Origin: an uncultured bacterium
Lineage (GTDB): Bacteria > Verrucomicrobiota > Verrucomicrobiia > Limisphaerales > UBA8199
Assembly (NCBI GenBank): GCA_963749495.1
Contig: CAVVMW010000010.1
Span: 416,001 to 480,000 of the forward strand
DNA: 64,000 nucleotides
Direction of reading: 5' to 3'
Shown here: piece after piece, positions 43,023 through 52,565 of the stretch
Numbering within the stretch: position 1 is the first letter of the stretch
Layout of the letters: each line of letters begins with the position of its first letter
Made by a program: the position numbers and the translations under genes
Notes under the pieces: generated by a model
What the model was told of the DNA's origin: nothing
Databases searched by the model: none
Seen by the model: the letters and a program-made list of their open reading frames with translations, nothing else

Positions 43023-43895
43023 ATGACAACGCGCGCCGCGACCGAATACCGTTACGAAAAACTCACGTGGCCTGAAATCAATGACGCCATTGAGTCGGGC
43101 AAGGTGTGCATCGTGCCTTGCGGCGCAATCGAGCAGCACGGACCGCACTTGCCGTTGGACGTCAATGTCGTCTGCCCCGTGGAAATCGCCCGCGGCGCCG
43201 GTCGGCAAGCGCCCGAGTTGCTCCTGGTCCTGCCGCCGGTCTGCTACGGCTACACCGGCCATGTGCTCGATTTCCCGGGCACCATCAACAGCGATTTCGA
43301 GCATTTCATCCACCACGTGCTGGACATCACCAAGTCCCTGGCCTACCACGGCTTCAAAAAAATCCTGCTCCTCAACGGCCATGGCTCGAACATGCCCAAT
43401 CTCGACTTGGTTGCCCGCCGCACCAACCTGGAGACCGACGCCGAGTGCATCGCGGCAGGCTGGTGGAGCTTTCTCACCGTGGACAAGAGCTTTCTTCCGC
43501 GCTGGCGTCAGAGCAAATTCCCCGGCGGCTGCTCACACGCCTGCGAGCTGGAAACCTCGCTCTACCTCTACCTGGATGGGGACAATGTGCGCAAAGACCA
43601 AATCCGCAACGGCACGATCAGCATCAACGACGAAGAGAGTCCCTTCAATTGGATGGACCTGTTCGCGGCAGGTCCCGCGACCTTGGTTTCCTGGACCAGC
43701 AGTTATTCAGCAACCGGCACGCTCGGTTCCGCCGAACTGGCGTCCTCCGAGAAGGGCCGCCAGGCATACGAAGAAGCGGTCACCCAACTCCTGCGCTTCA
43801 TCCGTTACTTCAAGAACCGCCCCGTGGACGTCCGCCGCGATCACCATCGCCGGGCGCCGACGATGCCCATGCCTTGGGGGCAAAAGTCCGTCTGA
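43023..43895 (+). CDS. Creatininase/MftE family amidohydrolase
   Basis: LTWPE, PCGAIEQHGPHLP, FPGTI, LNGHGSN, HACELETS. Confidence 0.93.
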   Translation: MTTRAATEYRYEKLTWPEINDAIESGKVCIVPCGAIEQHGPHLPLDVNVVCPVEIARGAGRQAPELLLVLPPVCYGYTGHVLDFPGTINSDFEHFIHHVLDITKSLAYHGFKKILLLNGHGSNMPNLDLVARRTNLETDAECIAAGWWSFLTVDKSFLPRWRQSKFPGGCSHACELETSLYLYLDGDNVRKDQIRNGTISINDEESPFNWMDLFAAGPATLVSWTSSYSATGTLGSAELASSEKGRQAYEEAVTQLLRFIRYFKNRPVDVRRDHHRRAPTMPMPWGQKSV

Positions 43896-43903
43896 TCGCG
43901 TGG

Positions 43904-45369
43904 ATGGCTAATACTCAGAACCCACCCTCCGGCTTCGCCGGTGTCCAGCCGACCCGCGTGCGCTACCTGGTGCTGGTCCTCCTCTGTTCGCTGGCCTGCC
44001 TGACCTACCTTGACCGCATCTGCATCATGCGCGTGCAGGGTGACATCGAACACGACCTCGATCTGGGCCGGCTCTCCGCCCGCGACGAGCAGGCCCTGTC
44101 GGCGAAGGGGCTGGCCAACGACACTGACGCGCGGACCAGGCTGGCCCAAGACCGCGCCACCGAACGGATGAGCTGGGTCTTCTCAGCCTTTGTGCTCGGG
44201 TATGTCTTGTTCGGTCTGCCCGGGGGCTGGTTGGCAGACCGGTTCCGCCCGCGGGCCGTCATCCTGCTGATCGTGCTCTGGTGGTCCTTGTTCACGGCCC
44301 TGACCGGCGGGGTCAGGGCCTTGGCCGGCCTGACTTTTCGCCACCCCGATCCCTGGACGTTCCTGGCGACGATGGTGCTGGTGCGCTTTCTTTTTGGCCT
44401 GGGCGAGGCGGGCGCGTATCCGAGTATCGCGCGGGCGCTGGGCCGGTGGTTCCCGTTCCGGGAGCGTGGGACGGCTCAGGGCGCGATTTGGCTCTCCAGC
44501 CGGTTCGGCGGGGCCATTGCGCCGGCCATCATCGGCAGCCTCGTGGCGGTGGCCGGGGGCTGGCAACGCGCGTTCTGGATGCTGGGCGCAGCGGGCATGT
44601 TGTGGGCGCTGCTGTTCTTCCTTTGGTTCCGTGACCGGCCGGAGCAAAAGGCCTCGGTCAACCAGGCCGAATGCGAACTGATCCGAGCCGGGGCCGCAGC
44701 GACGGAGTCCATTTACCAGGACGAGGCCCCGGCTCAGGTTCCGTGGGCCCGCCTGTTTTTCTCGCCGAACCTGCTGTGGCTGTATCTGGCTTCGTTCACC
44801 GCCAACTTCAGTTGGTTCTTCAATGTGACCTTTCTGCCCAAGTACTTGAAGGAGCAATTCCACGTGGACTACTCGCACTCGGAGATCATGACCGGCTTGC
44901 CGCTGCTGGCCGGCGGCCTGGCCTGCCTGGCGGGGGGCGGCTCTCCGACGTGTTGATCCGCTCCACGGGCAGCAAGCGATGGGGGCGCAGTCTGCAGGGC
45001 GCCATCGGGCTGGGCGTTGCCGCGTCTTGCGCGCTGACCGTCTCGCGCACCAATTCGGCCTGGCCTGTCATTGTCATCATCTGCATCGGCACGGCATTCC
45101 AGGACCTGGCCCTGCCAGCCATGTGGTCCGCCTCGGTGGACATTGGCGGACGGTGCGCCGGGACGGTGAGTGGCTGTATGAATTCGGTCGGCGCCATCGG
45201 CGCTATGCTCAGCCCGCTGGTCGCCGCCAAGGTCGCTATCCTCTGGAACTGGAAGGCGGTCTTCGTGGTCTTTGCCGCCTCCTATTTCCTGGGCGCCCTG
45301 GCCTGGCTGCGTATGGATGCCAGCCGCCCATTACTGGGGCCCGGGCCACCGCTGGAACCGCTTGCCTAA
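43904..45369 (+). CDS. MFS transporter (anion:cation symporter-like); apparent frameshift ~44935
   Basis: LTYLDRICI, PGGWLADRFRPR, RFLFGLGEAGAYP, WFPFRERGTAQG; C-terminal half in ORF 44671..45369 (AGTVSGCMN). Confidence 0.9.
45270..45335 (+). repeat. 66-bp direct repeat, left copy (3' end of MFS gene)
   Basis: Aligns with 52500-52565, 5 mismatches. Confidence 0.93.
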
Positions 45370-45373
45370 ACTA

Positions 45374-46118
45374 ATTGAAAGGAATTTGCTTTTTCGCCCC
45401 GCCGCCGGTTTTGACGCTACGCGGGTGAAACGGTTGGTATAGCAACAAAATGGGTGGCGTTCGCCACCGAGGGTTGCCCTCGGATCTGGTCCCGCACCGC
45501 CCGGGCCTTTCGCCGCCACCGCCGCTCCAACTCCCGTCCAAAAGGTGGCGGGACCTGACCTGTCCCGCCATAGCTTTAGCGAAGGCGGATCCTCCGCGTC
45601 TGGCATGTTGACCCGCTATCCTGTCCATGCTGCATCACAGACTACCTATGGCGCTGGTGATTTGCCGGCCGAAATTGAAGTCCTCTATCCGCCGCATCCG
45701 CTGGTGGGTTGCCGTTTGAAAGTCGTTGGGCAACGTCGACAGGGTCAAGATTGGTCTTGGCAGGTCGTTTTGCCCGAGGGCACTCATGCCAACTTGCCTT
45801 CTAATTGGACAGACCACCCCGGCCCGCAAGGGCCACCGAGAATCTCCATGTGCGCCACCCGCAGCAGCCCGTCCGCGTTGCGCGAACTGCTTCCACTGCT
45901 CCGCGTGCTTGCTCGCGCTGAGCCGCCCCTCAGGCCCCAGCACGCGCCAGCGCCCCCCAAGTTGCGCCAAAACCATCAAAAACCGACAAAACCTTCCTCT
46001 TGATCCTCGGGCCATCTTCTGGCAGCATCCGACCGTAGTGAGTGAGACCAAGAACCAATTCTCCCTCACCCGCGCAGCGTCAAACCGTCGGCGCGGCAAG
46101 AACCAAATTCTTATCAGT
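45374..46118. mobile_element. ~745-bp non-autonomous element with long imperfect terminal inverted repeats and a DUF5372-like ORF
   Basis: Left ATTGAAAGGAATTTGC...TTTGACGCTACGCGGGTGA vs right (reverse complement) ACTGATAAGAATTTGG...TTTGACGCTGCGCGGGTGA; TA at both flanks; no transposase. Confidence 0.75.
45605..46003 (+). CDS. DUF5372 (Y4bD/Y4pK)-like small protein
   Basis: VLYPPHPLVGCRLKVV...LPEGTHANLPSNWTD matches the recalled HPxxG...G....LP..WTD pattern. Confidence 0.6.
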   Translation: MLTRYPVHAASQTTYGAGDLPAEIEVLYPPHPLVGCRLKVVGQRRQGQDWSWQVVLPEGTHANLPSNWTDHPGPQGPPRISMCATRSSPSALRELLPLLRVLARAEPPLRPQHAPAPPKLRQNHQKPTKPSS

Positions 46119-46894
46119 TAAACGTTGGTCAGACTGGTGCAGCCCTCGAAGCAATACGTTCCGATGCTGGTGACGCTGTTAGGGATGGTGATCCTGGTCA
46201 ACTCTGTACATCCCCCGAACGCGAGCTGCGAGATGCTGCTGACGCCGTTGCCTATCGTGATGTTGGTCAGGCTGCTGTCTAGAGTCCTTGAATTTCAAAA
46301 CATGATGCAGACAGGTCAAGTTTGTGGCACGGGCATCCTGCCCGTGGGGGCTTGGGCAAGATGCCCAATCCACGGTCTGAGGCCCTGCCTCGCTAGAGCA
46401 AAAGCTGAGTCTCCGACGTGGGTGACGCTGTCAGGAATTGTAATGCTGGTCAGGCTCGTGCACTCGTAAAGCGCCTCCTCATCGATATTGGTGACGCTGC
46501 TGGGAATCGTGAGCGCAGCCAGGCGGGTGCATCGAAAGAAGGCTCCAAATCCAATAGTGGCGACGCTGTCGCCGATCGTTACCTTGTTGAGGTTCGAGCA
46601 ATTGTCGAACGCCCATTCTCCTATGCTGGTCATGCTATTGGGAATCGAGACACTGGTTAGGTCGATCCAGCCCTGGAACACGTTGCCTCCGATGCTGGTG
46701 ACTGGCAGGCCATCGATCGTGTCTGGGATGGTCACCGCACCACTTGGACCTGTGTATCCCATAATCGCGATAGTGCCGTTATTGGTCGTGCATATGAAAT
46801 CACTAGGCTGCTGCGCTGTTGCCGCCGGTGGCATCCGCACCACAATGAACGCGAGAAGGATGATAAGGCACTTGCAATGGTGCTCAAGATACAC
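46118..46894 (-). pseudogene. BspA-type leucine-rich-repeat (LRR_5) surface protein, interrupted and truncated
   Basis: TTNNGTIAIMGYTG..VTIPDTIDGLPVTSIG, LT.(I/V).IP.SVT.IG..AF repeats. CTAG element inserted at 46279-46396; repeats resume to 46121 then stop at the DUF5372-element boundary. Confidence 0.88.
46279..46396. mobile_element. CTAG-duplicating REP-carrying element (copy 2)
   Basis: CTAG at 46279-46282 and 46393-46396. Near-identical to 3010-3128. Excision restores DSAFALDSSLTNITIG. Confidence 0.92.
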
Positions 46895-47249
46895 TCGTGC
46901 CAAACGCGAAATCCCCCTGTGCCGGACTGCCAGCTTATCAGAACAGGCCGCCTTCCAGGCAAATGCTCTTCGCACGAGCCAACTTTAACGCTTCACCGAG
47001 CCAGGTCAAGAGCCAATTTCAGGGCACAACACACACTTCAGCATCCTCCTGGTCGAGCCCGGCTTCACCCCGGCCGATACGCTGCCAAGCCTCTCTGAAC
47101 TGCTCCTGGTCGTAGTCAGCAGCCTCATTACGAAACCGTGCTCACGGATTGAGAATCGTCCTCCGGAAGGCCGGTTCGGAGGGGCCTGCCCGGTCGCGGC
47201 CTCTTCCCGGCTCGGTCGCCACGGAGCCGGCGTCCCTGCCGCGCAACTT

Positions 47250-47460
47250 TCGGCCGCTGAGCCGACCCTCAGGCCCGACCACGCGCCAGAGCCCCCATGT
47301 TGCGCCAAAATCATCAAAAACCGGCAAAACTCTCCGCTTGACTCTCTGGTCCTCTTCTGGCAGCATCCGACCGTAATGAGCGTGGCCAGAAACCAATTGT
47401 CCCTCACCCGCGAAGCGTCAAAAGCGGCGCGGCGGCAAAAAAAGCAATTTCTTATCAGTA
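47250..47460. mobile_element. Second diverged copy of the right end of the DUF5372-like element
   Basis: ~200 bp homologous to ~45915-46118 (GCTGAGCCG.CCCTCAGGCCC, TTGCGCCAAAA.CATCAAAAACCG, TTCTGGCAGCATCCGACCGTA, TTCTTATCAGT). Confidence 0.8.
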
Positions 47461-47567
47461 GTTGCTTGACAGTCCCGGGGTTGGTGATCAACCATCAAGC
47501 CGTGTTTCGGCCAGATGGACCGCGCGGGTGATGCGGTTCATCCCTTCCGGGAGCACGAGTGCACTTT

Positions 47568-49724
47568 ATGAGGCGTTCCGTTCTCTTGTTGGCCTCCATC
47601 TTCTTCCTGGGCCTGGGGAGGCCACCGCTGACTTTCGGGCAGATCCCGCCAGGCAAACACGAGTTGGTTTTGAACGCAACGGTGATTTACACCGGCGATT
47701 CGCACTGGTCCCAGCCCGGGGAGCAGTATGACGAGTCGGTGACGGTCACCGTCAGCGGGACGACGCGATGGCCGATGAGTGTAGATTACTCTGGCTACCT
47801 AGCCCCCTCCGGGCCACCGACGAAGGACTACGCCATTTCGGTTGAAGGCTATGGAACCGACGCATATGACGCCCTGGGCACCAGCAAATGGTCCTTTTAC
47901 AGGGCAAGCGGTTGGGAGGATGAAGACTTCTTCCTGGGAGTGAATTTCTCGGCGCAAGACGGATACGCGGATTTCGAGGAGGGCAGCTTCCCGCCGATCG
48001 CGGTGGACGGAGTGGACGTTTTTGGCGGCGAGATCGACAGCGGAGGCTGGGGTTACGAGGCCCTTCACTCCGCCTGGGTCAATTGGGACGAGGTGAAGAA
48101 TGGCCGGATGACCTTCGCCACCAACGCGCCGCAGATCTCGGCCTCAGGCCAAGGCCTGGCCCAATCCTCCCTCCACATCACCGACCCGGGAATGGCCCCG
48201 GTCCAATCACAGGGCTCGATGCAGGCCACCTTCAGCATCACGGTTGATGAGCCGGAGTTTGATGTGGTCATCATCCCGCCGGAGGACTTTGACCAGTGGA
48301 TTCCGCAAGCGGGGGCGGACGAAAAGACCCCTGGCAACAGCCTCGTGGTGCAGTTGGAGATTCGAGCCAAGGACGCGACGAACGCGCCAGCCGGCCAAGG
48401 CACTTTTGAAATCAACCTGCTGAACACCTCGCAAGAGCCCGGCATCTGCCTCAACTTTCCCGGCATGGACCAGGCCACCCAGGATTACGACCTTCAGATC
48501 GATGGCACCTCCGGGATTCAAGTGGCCGAAGATGGGCAGAGCGGCCAAACCACCAACGCCGCCCAATCCTGCTTCGTGTCGCTCACCAGCTATGATTACG
48601 GCGCGTACGGCCAACTCAGGGTTCAAGCCACAGTCCAAGGCAAGAAATACATGGGGCACGTCGATGGCCAGCCGGACCAATATGACCTCACCGTTCCGCT
48701 GGATGACAACCAGAATCACATCGCCGATGCCTGGGAAAAGCAGATGGGGGTGTATGATCAGAATTTGGCGCCGGATTGGGACGAGGTGGACTACCCGACC
48801 GACCACAGGAGCAAAGGGGACGGCATCGGGCTTTATGAGCGATACCGGGGGTTCCAATTCCAGGGGCTGTACGAGCGGTTGACCCCCACCAACAAGTACG
48901 TGTTCGTTTACGACCCCGACGATCTGGTCAAGAACCTGGCGCAAGGAAAATACTCCCGGAGCAGCAGCTTCCCCGTGGTTTCAGGGTGCCTCACCCGGTT
49001 TGTGGAGGACGACGAATGGACCGGCCCGGGCAAGGCGTCCGCCTTTCACCGCGTCGTCAATTTCAACTCGTCCGGCTTCGGCCACGCCGTTGACCAACAC
49101 GCCATCCAGGTCATTATGGACATCGAGGACACGCCCGAAGTGCCGCCAGATTGGGATAGCCTCTGGAAGTCGAAGGCTTCCGGCGGCCAAAGCTGGGGCG
49201 CCACTAATTCGTTGCAGAGCGTGCTGGGCATGACCTGGCCCGATTACACGACTTCCGGATTCGACAGTCCGCTCAACACCTTTCTCATCACTATCTACCC
49301 TCCGCTCTTCGAGACGGAGATTCGCGGTTTTGTCATCTACCACACCTGGGGCTTGCCCGCCTACACCAACTACCCGGCCTTGTCGCCGGCCGACCAGCAG
49401 AATATGGAGGATGCTGTGGCCGCCGCCGCGGACGCTTATATCGCCGCCAATCCTGACGCCAAGAAAGAGCGCTACTTCAAACGGCTGGCCGACGTGACGA
49501 CGCACGAAATGGGCCACGGCCTGGGCATCCGTCACCATGCTCCCACGGGGGCCGGGGAAATGGAGTGCGTCTTGCGCTATTTTGGCTTCGAGTTTCCCAG
49601 GAACCCCAACGACCGGTTCGAACTGACGGCCCGGTCGCCCTGGCCCGACATCTATTGCCGGAGCGCCGACCACACGGCCAATGGCCGCGGCTGCTGGTAT
49701 CAAATCAAAGTCACCGACCGCTAA
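47568..49724 (+). CDS. Secreted protein with C-terminal metzincin-like zinc peptidase motif
   Basis: Signal peptide MRRSVLLLAS; DDNQNHIADAWE and GDGIGLYERYRGF; HEMGHGLGIRHH (HExxHxxGxxH). Confidence 0.8.
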   Translation: MRRSVLLLASIFFLGLGRPPLTFGQIPPGKHELVLNATVIYTGDSHWSQPGEQYDESVTVTVSGTTRWPMSVDYSGYLAPSGPPTKDYAISVEGYGTDAYDALGTSKWSFYRASGWEDEDFFLGVNFSAQDGYADFEEGSFPPIAVDGVDVFGGEIDSGGWGYEALHSAWVNWDEVKNGRMTFATNAPQISASGQGLAQSSLHITDPGMAPVQSQGSMQATFSITVDEPEFDVVIIPPEDFDQWIPQAGADEKTPGNSLVVQLEIRAKDATNAPAGQGTFEINLLNTSQEPGICLNFPGMDQATQDYDLQIDGTSGIQVAEDGQSGQTTNAAQSCFVSLTSYDYGAYGQLRVQATVQGKKYMGHVDGQPDQYDLTVPLDDNQNHIADAWEKQMGVYDQNLAPDWDEVDYPTDHRSKGDGIGLYERYRGFQFQGLYERLTPTNKYVFVYDPDDLVKNLAQGKYSRSSSFPVVSGCLTRFVEDDEWTGPGKASAFHRVVNFNSSGFGHAVDQHAIQVIMDIEDTPEVPPDWDSLWKSKASGGQSWGATNSLQSVLGMTWPDYTTSGFDSPLNTFLITIYPPLFETEIRGFVIYHTWGLPAYTNYPALSPADQQNMEDAVAAAADAYIAANPDAKKERYFKRLADVTTHEMGHGLGIRHHAPTGAGEMECVLRYFGFEFPRNPNDRFELTARSPWPDIYCRSADHTANGRGCWYQIKVTDR

Positions 49725-49739
49725 CCCCCAGGAACCGCT

Positions 49740-50855
49740 ATGAAATCCAAATCGGAGTTCGAGATCGCCCGACGCGTGCGCCGTTGCTTTGCGGGAATCG
49801 CTCTGGGGTGCCTGGTGGCCGCGTCGGCACCGCGACAAGCCGGGGCCCAGAGCAACAACGCTCCTCCTTTGAAGATCACCGCCAGCCTGAGCTGGGACGG
49901 CATGTTTGAGGACGACCCACTGCGCGTGCGCGTTCGCTTGAGTTGCCCCCAGGCAAGCCGGGCGGTCGCCATCCAGATGCGCCTAATCGAGGCCGGCCAA
50001 CCTCCGGGCGACCCGGTCGTCCCCCCAGCGATCGCCACCAACTGGCAGGACGGCGTCCAATTGAGCTTGTACCAGGTCGATGCGAATCAAAACCTGGTCT
50101 TAACCATGGGGCCGGACCAGTGGCCGCCGTATTTGCGTCCCCTCGCTGGCGACGCCCCCACGTTCGAGGGATTGCCCGCCGCTCGATCCCGCGAATGGTT
50201 GGTTCCCGACACGGTAGCTGGGCTTACGGAAGGCGGTTACGTGGTGACGGTGGCCTGGAATGGGACGGGCCTGACGGACACCAACCTGCTTCCGGCGGAC
50301 GGGGTCCTCCACGGGCAGGACCTGCCGTTTGATGTGACAAGTACCGACGGCGATGACGAGCAGGCTACCCACCTTGGCCGACTTGCATTTCAACACTACT
50401 TTTCCGGAGACTACGTCGGTGCGCGAAACTATGGCCAGCAAGCCATCCAACTCGACCCGTCAAACCCTGACCGGGAGCGTATCCAAACCTACTTCGTGGT
50501 CGCCCATTCAGCGTTGTACCTCGATGACTACTTGGGTGGCGCCAATACGTTCCAGAGCCTGGTTTCAACTTTTTCAAGCTCGCTTCCGAACGAGGCGGTT
50601 GATCTCGCCGCCCAAAGGTTCAACCAGCTCGCCCCGAGACTTCAGGTGCCCCCCGCCAGCGGGAACAACCTGCTCAATTTCCGCTTTCAGTTGCTCAGCC
50701 TGCCCGGCCAGCGCTACGTCTCCTACAGCTCAACGGATCTGCAGCATTGGATGCCGTTTAGCACGAACGTCGGCACGGGAGACTGGGTCAATGTGATTGA
50801 CACCAACCCGCCGCCTTCCGCAACGCGCTTCTATCGCTCGGTTATGACCCCCTGA
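49740..50855 (+). CDS. Secreted TPR-containing protein with C-terminal F[YF]R domain
   Basis: Signal-like N-terminus; TPR-like LGRLAF...GDYVGARNYGQQAIQLDP; ends STDLQHW...TRFYRSVMTP. Confidence 0.75.
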   Translation: MKSKSEFEIARRVRRCFAGIALGCLVAASAPRQAGAQSNNAPPLKITASLSWDGMFEDDPLRVRVRLSCPQASRAVAIQMRLIEAGQPPGDPVVPPAIATNWQDGVQLSLYQVDANQNLVLTMGPDQWPPYLRPLAGDAPTFEGLPAARSREWLVPDTVAGLTEGGYVVTVAWNGTGLTDTNLLPADGVLHGQDLPFDVTSTDGDDEQATHLGRLAFQHYFSGDYVGARNYGQQAIQLDPSNPDRERIQTYFVVAHSALYLDDYLGGANTFQSLVSTFSSSLPNEAVDLAAQRFNQLAPRLQVPPASGNNLLNFRFQLLSLPGQRYVSYSSTDLQHWMPFSTNVGTGDWVNVIDTNPPPSATRFYRSVMTP

Positions 50856-50934
50856 GGAGGGGCGGCGCAGGGGGACGCCGTTGTCCGGTGCATGAAAGGA
50901 AAGGGGTCAACCCATAGATAGGTGCATTTCTAAG

Positions 50935-50962
50935 TTGACAGCCTGGCTTCTTGCGGCATAAC
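50935..50962 (+). promoter_or_regulatory. Sigma70-like promoter, probably leaderless RAYT transcript
   Basis: TTGACA (50935-50940), 16-bp spacer, CATAAC; GTG start 8 nt downstream; no RBS. Confidence 0.55.
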
Positions 50963-50970
50963 CTCCCCGC

Positions 50971-51966
50971 GTGCCTCGCAAACTCCGTCTTGAATACCCT
51001 GGGGCCATGTATCATCTCATGAGCCGTGGCAACCGGCGGGATAAGATCTTCCTGGATGATGTGGATCGGCATGATTTCATCAAGACCCTGGCCGAGGCCT
51101 GCCAGAAGACGGGCTGGCAGGTGCATGCGTACTGCCTGATGCCCAACCATTATCACCTGGTGGTCGAAACTCCTGAACCGAACCTGGTGGCCGGGATGGC
51201 CTGGCTCCAGAGCACCTACACCATCCGGCTCAACCACCGACATAAGCTCCTGGGCCACGTGTTGAGCGGGAGGTACAAATCACAGCTCGTCGAGGGCAGC
51301 GGCAATGGGTATTTGCGGACTGCCTGCGATTACGTGCATCTGAACCCGGTGCGCGCCAGGCTGATCCGGGCCGGGGAGCGGCTCTTGTCGTACCCGTGGA
51401 GCAGTTTTGGCGCCTATCTGGCGGCGCCCGAGCATCGGCCGCAGTGGGTCCGGGTGGACCGGTTGTTGGGCGAGCACGGGATTCAAGAGGACAGCGCGGC
51501 CGGGCGGCAACGGTTCGAGGCATGGATGGAGCGACGGCGCGCAGAAGAGACCGATCCCGCGGTTTTGGGAGCGATGCAGCGTGGCTGGTGTCTGGGCAGC
51601 GAGGGTTTTAAGCGGCAGATGCTCCTGCGCATGGAAGGGGGCCTGGGGGAACACCACTCCGGTGAACTGCACCGCCAGGCAGCCCAGGCGAAGGCGGAGC
51701 GGATCGTGGCGGCGGAGTTACGCCGGCTTGGTTGGAGGAAAGGGGACTTGGAGGAGCGCCGGAAGAACGATCCTGACAAGCTGGAGATCGCCGCACGGTT
51801 GCGGCGCGAAACGACCCTCTCCGTCAAGGACATCGCTGCGCGGATGCACCTGGGCACATCGAAAGGAGCAAATCGCAACCTGCACAACCACATGGGGCGC
51901 GGCTCGCCACCCGCTACAGGCCAAGCGCCGCCTCCCACAAAAGGCAACCCAGGCAGCACCAAGTGA
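50971..51966 (+). CDS. REP-associated tyrosine (Y1/HUH) transposase with C-terminal HTH
   Basis: MPRKLRLEYPGAMYHLMSRGN, AYCLMPNHYHLVV (HUH), GHVLSGRYKS, YVHLNPVRA, YPWSS; C-terminal LSVKDIAARMHLG. Confidence 0.93.
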   Translation: MPRKLRLEYPGAMYHLMSRGNRRDKIFLDDVDRHDFIKTLAEACQKTGWQVHAYCLMPNHYHLVVETPEPNLVAGMAWLQSTYTIRLNHRHKLLGHVLSGRYKSQLVEGSGNGYLRTACDYVHLNPVRARLIRAGERLLSYPWSSFGAYLAAPEHRPQWVRVDRLLGEHGIQEDSAAGRQRFEAWMERRRAEETDPAVLGAMQRGWCLGSEGFKRQMLLRMEGGLGEHHSGELHRQAAQAKAERIVAAELRRLGWRKGDLEERRKNDPDKLEIAARLRRETTLSVKDIAARMHLGTSKGANRNLHNHMGRGSPPATGQAPPPTKGNPGSTK

Positions 51967-52499
51967 ACTAATCTATGGGTTTGACCCCTTTTTCCCTTTT
52001 TGGGTTGACCCCCTTTTCCTTTTTTTCCATCTGCATCCGACCGCCATTTGGGATGCGAGCAAGTCTACAAACGCATTGAAAATACAGCATGATCTGGGTC
52101 TGGCGATGCCGGAGCAACCGCTGGACTGCCGCGCCGTGCGTCGGCGGATGCGAGGCAATCATCTTGACATAACTCCTGCACTGTTCGTCCTCGGTTTTGT
52201 TCAGGTGCTGATGCGACTCGGCTGCGGCCGGTAACGGTCAAGTATCCGCCAAAGTCGGTTTCCGCACGGCCAAACTGGATTCGTTCGCTGTCAGGCTGAA
52301 TCGCCTTCGGCCGACTGCGCTCAAATTGACGGCTCAATCCGTTTTCCTCCAAACTGGGAGTTATGGAAAGTTCACCCTCCGCTGCACGCTGTCGTGGCAG
52401 GCATTTGCTCGAACACCTTTGGATAACTGCCACCTTTGCATAACATACCCCCTGCGCCGCAGACCACCCGGCCGGGAGAAAAGGGGGGCAGCCTTAACA

Positions 52500-52565
52500 C
52501 TTTGCCGCCTCCTACCTTCTGGGCGCGCTGGCCTGGCTGCGTATGGATGCAAGCCGCCCATTACT
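52500..52565 (+). repeat. 66-bp direct repeat, right copy (orphan MFS 3' end)
   Basis: Aligns with 45270-45335; continues in frame ..SRPLLD* overlapping the enolase-family stop codon. Confidence 0.93.

Larger units (their letters stand above)
50900..52017 (+). mobile_element. RAYT-type element bounded by GGGGTCAA/TTGACCCC inverted repeats
   Basis: AAAGGGGTCAACCCATAGAT (50900-50919) inverted vs ATCTATGGGTTTGACCCCTTT (51971-51991), plus extra TGGGTTGACCCCC (52001-52013). Confidence 0.82.

Noticed and set aside
42997..43026. 9-aa leader peptide (MNDITSLSP*) overlapping the creatininase start
   Set aside because: No regulatory codon pattern; equally explained by chance or another indel error.
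43106..44956. 616-aa ORF as a single protein
   Set aside because: The first ~265 aa are an alternative frame of the creatininase gene; the MFS starts at 43904.
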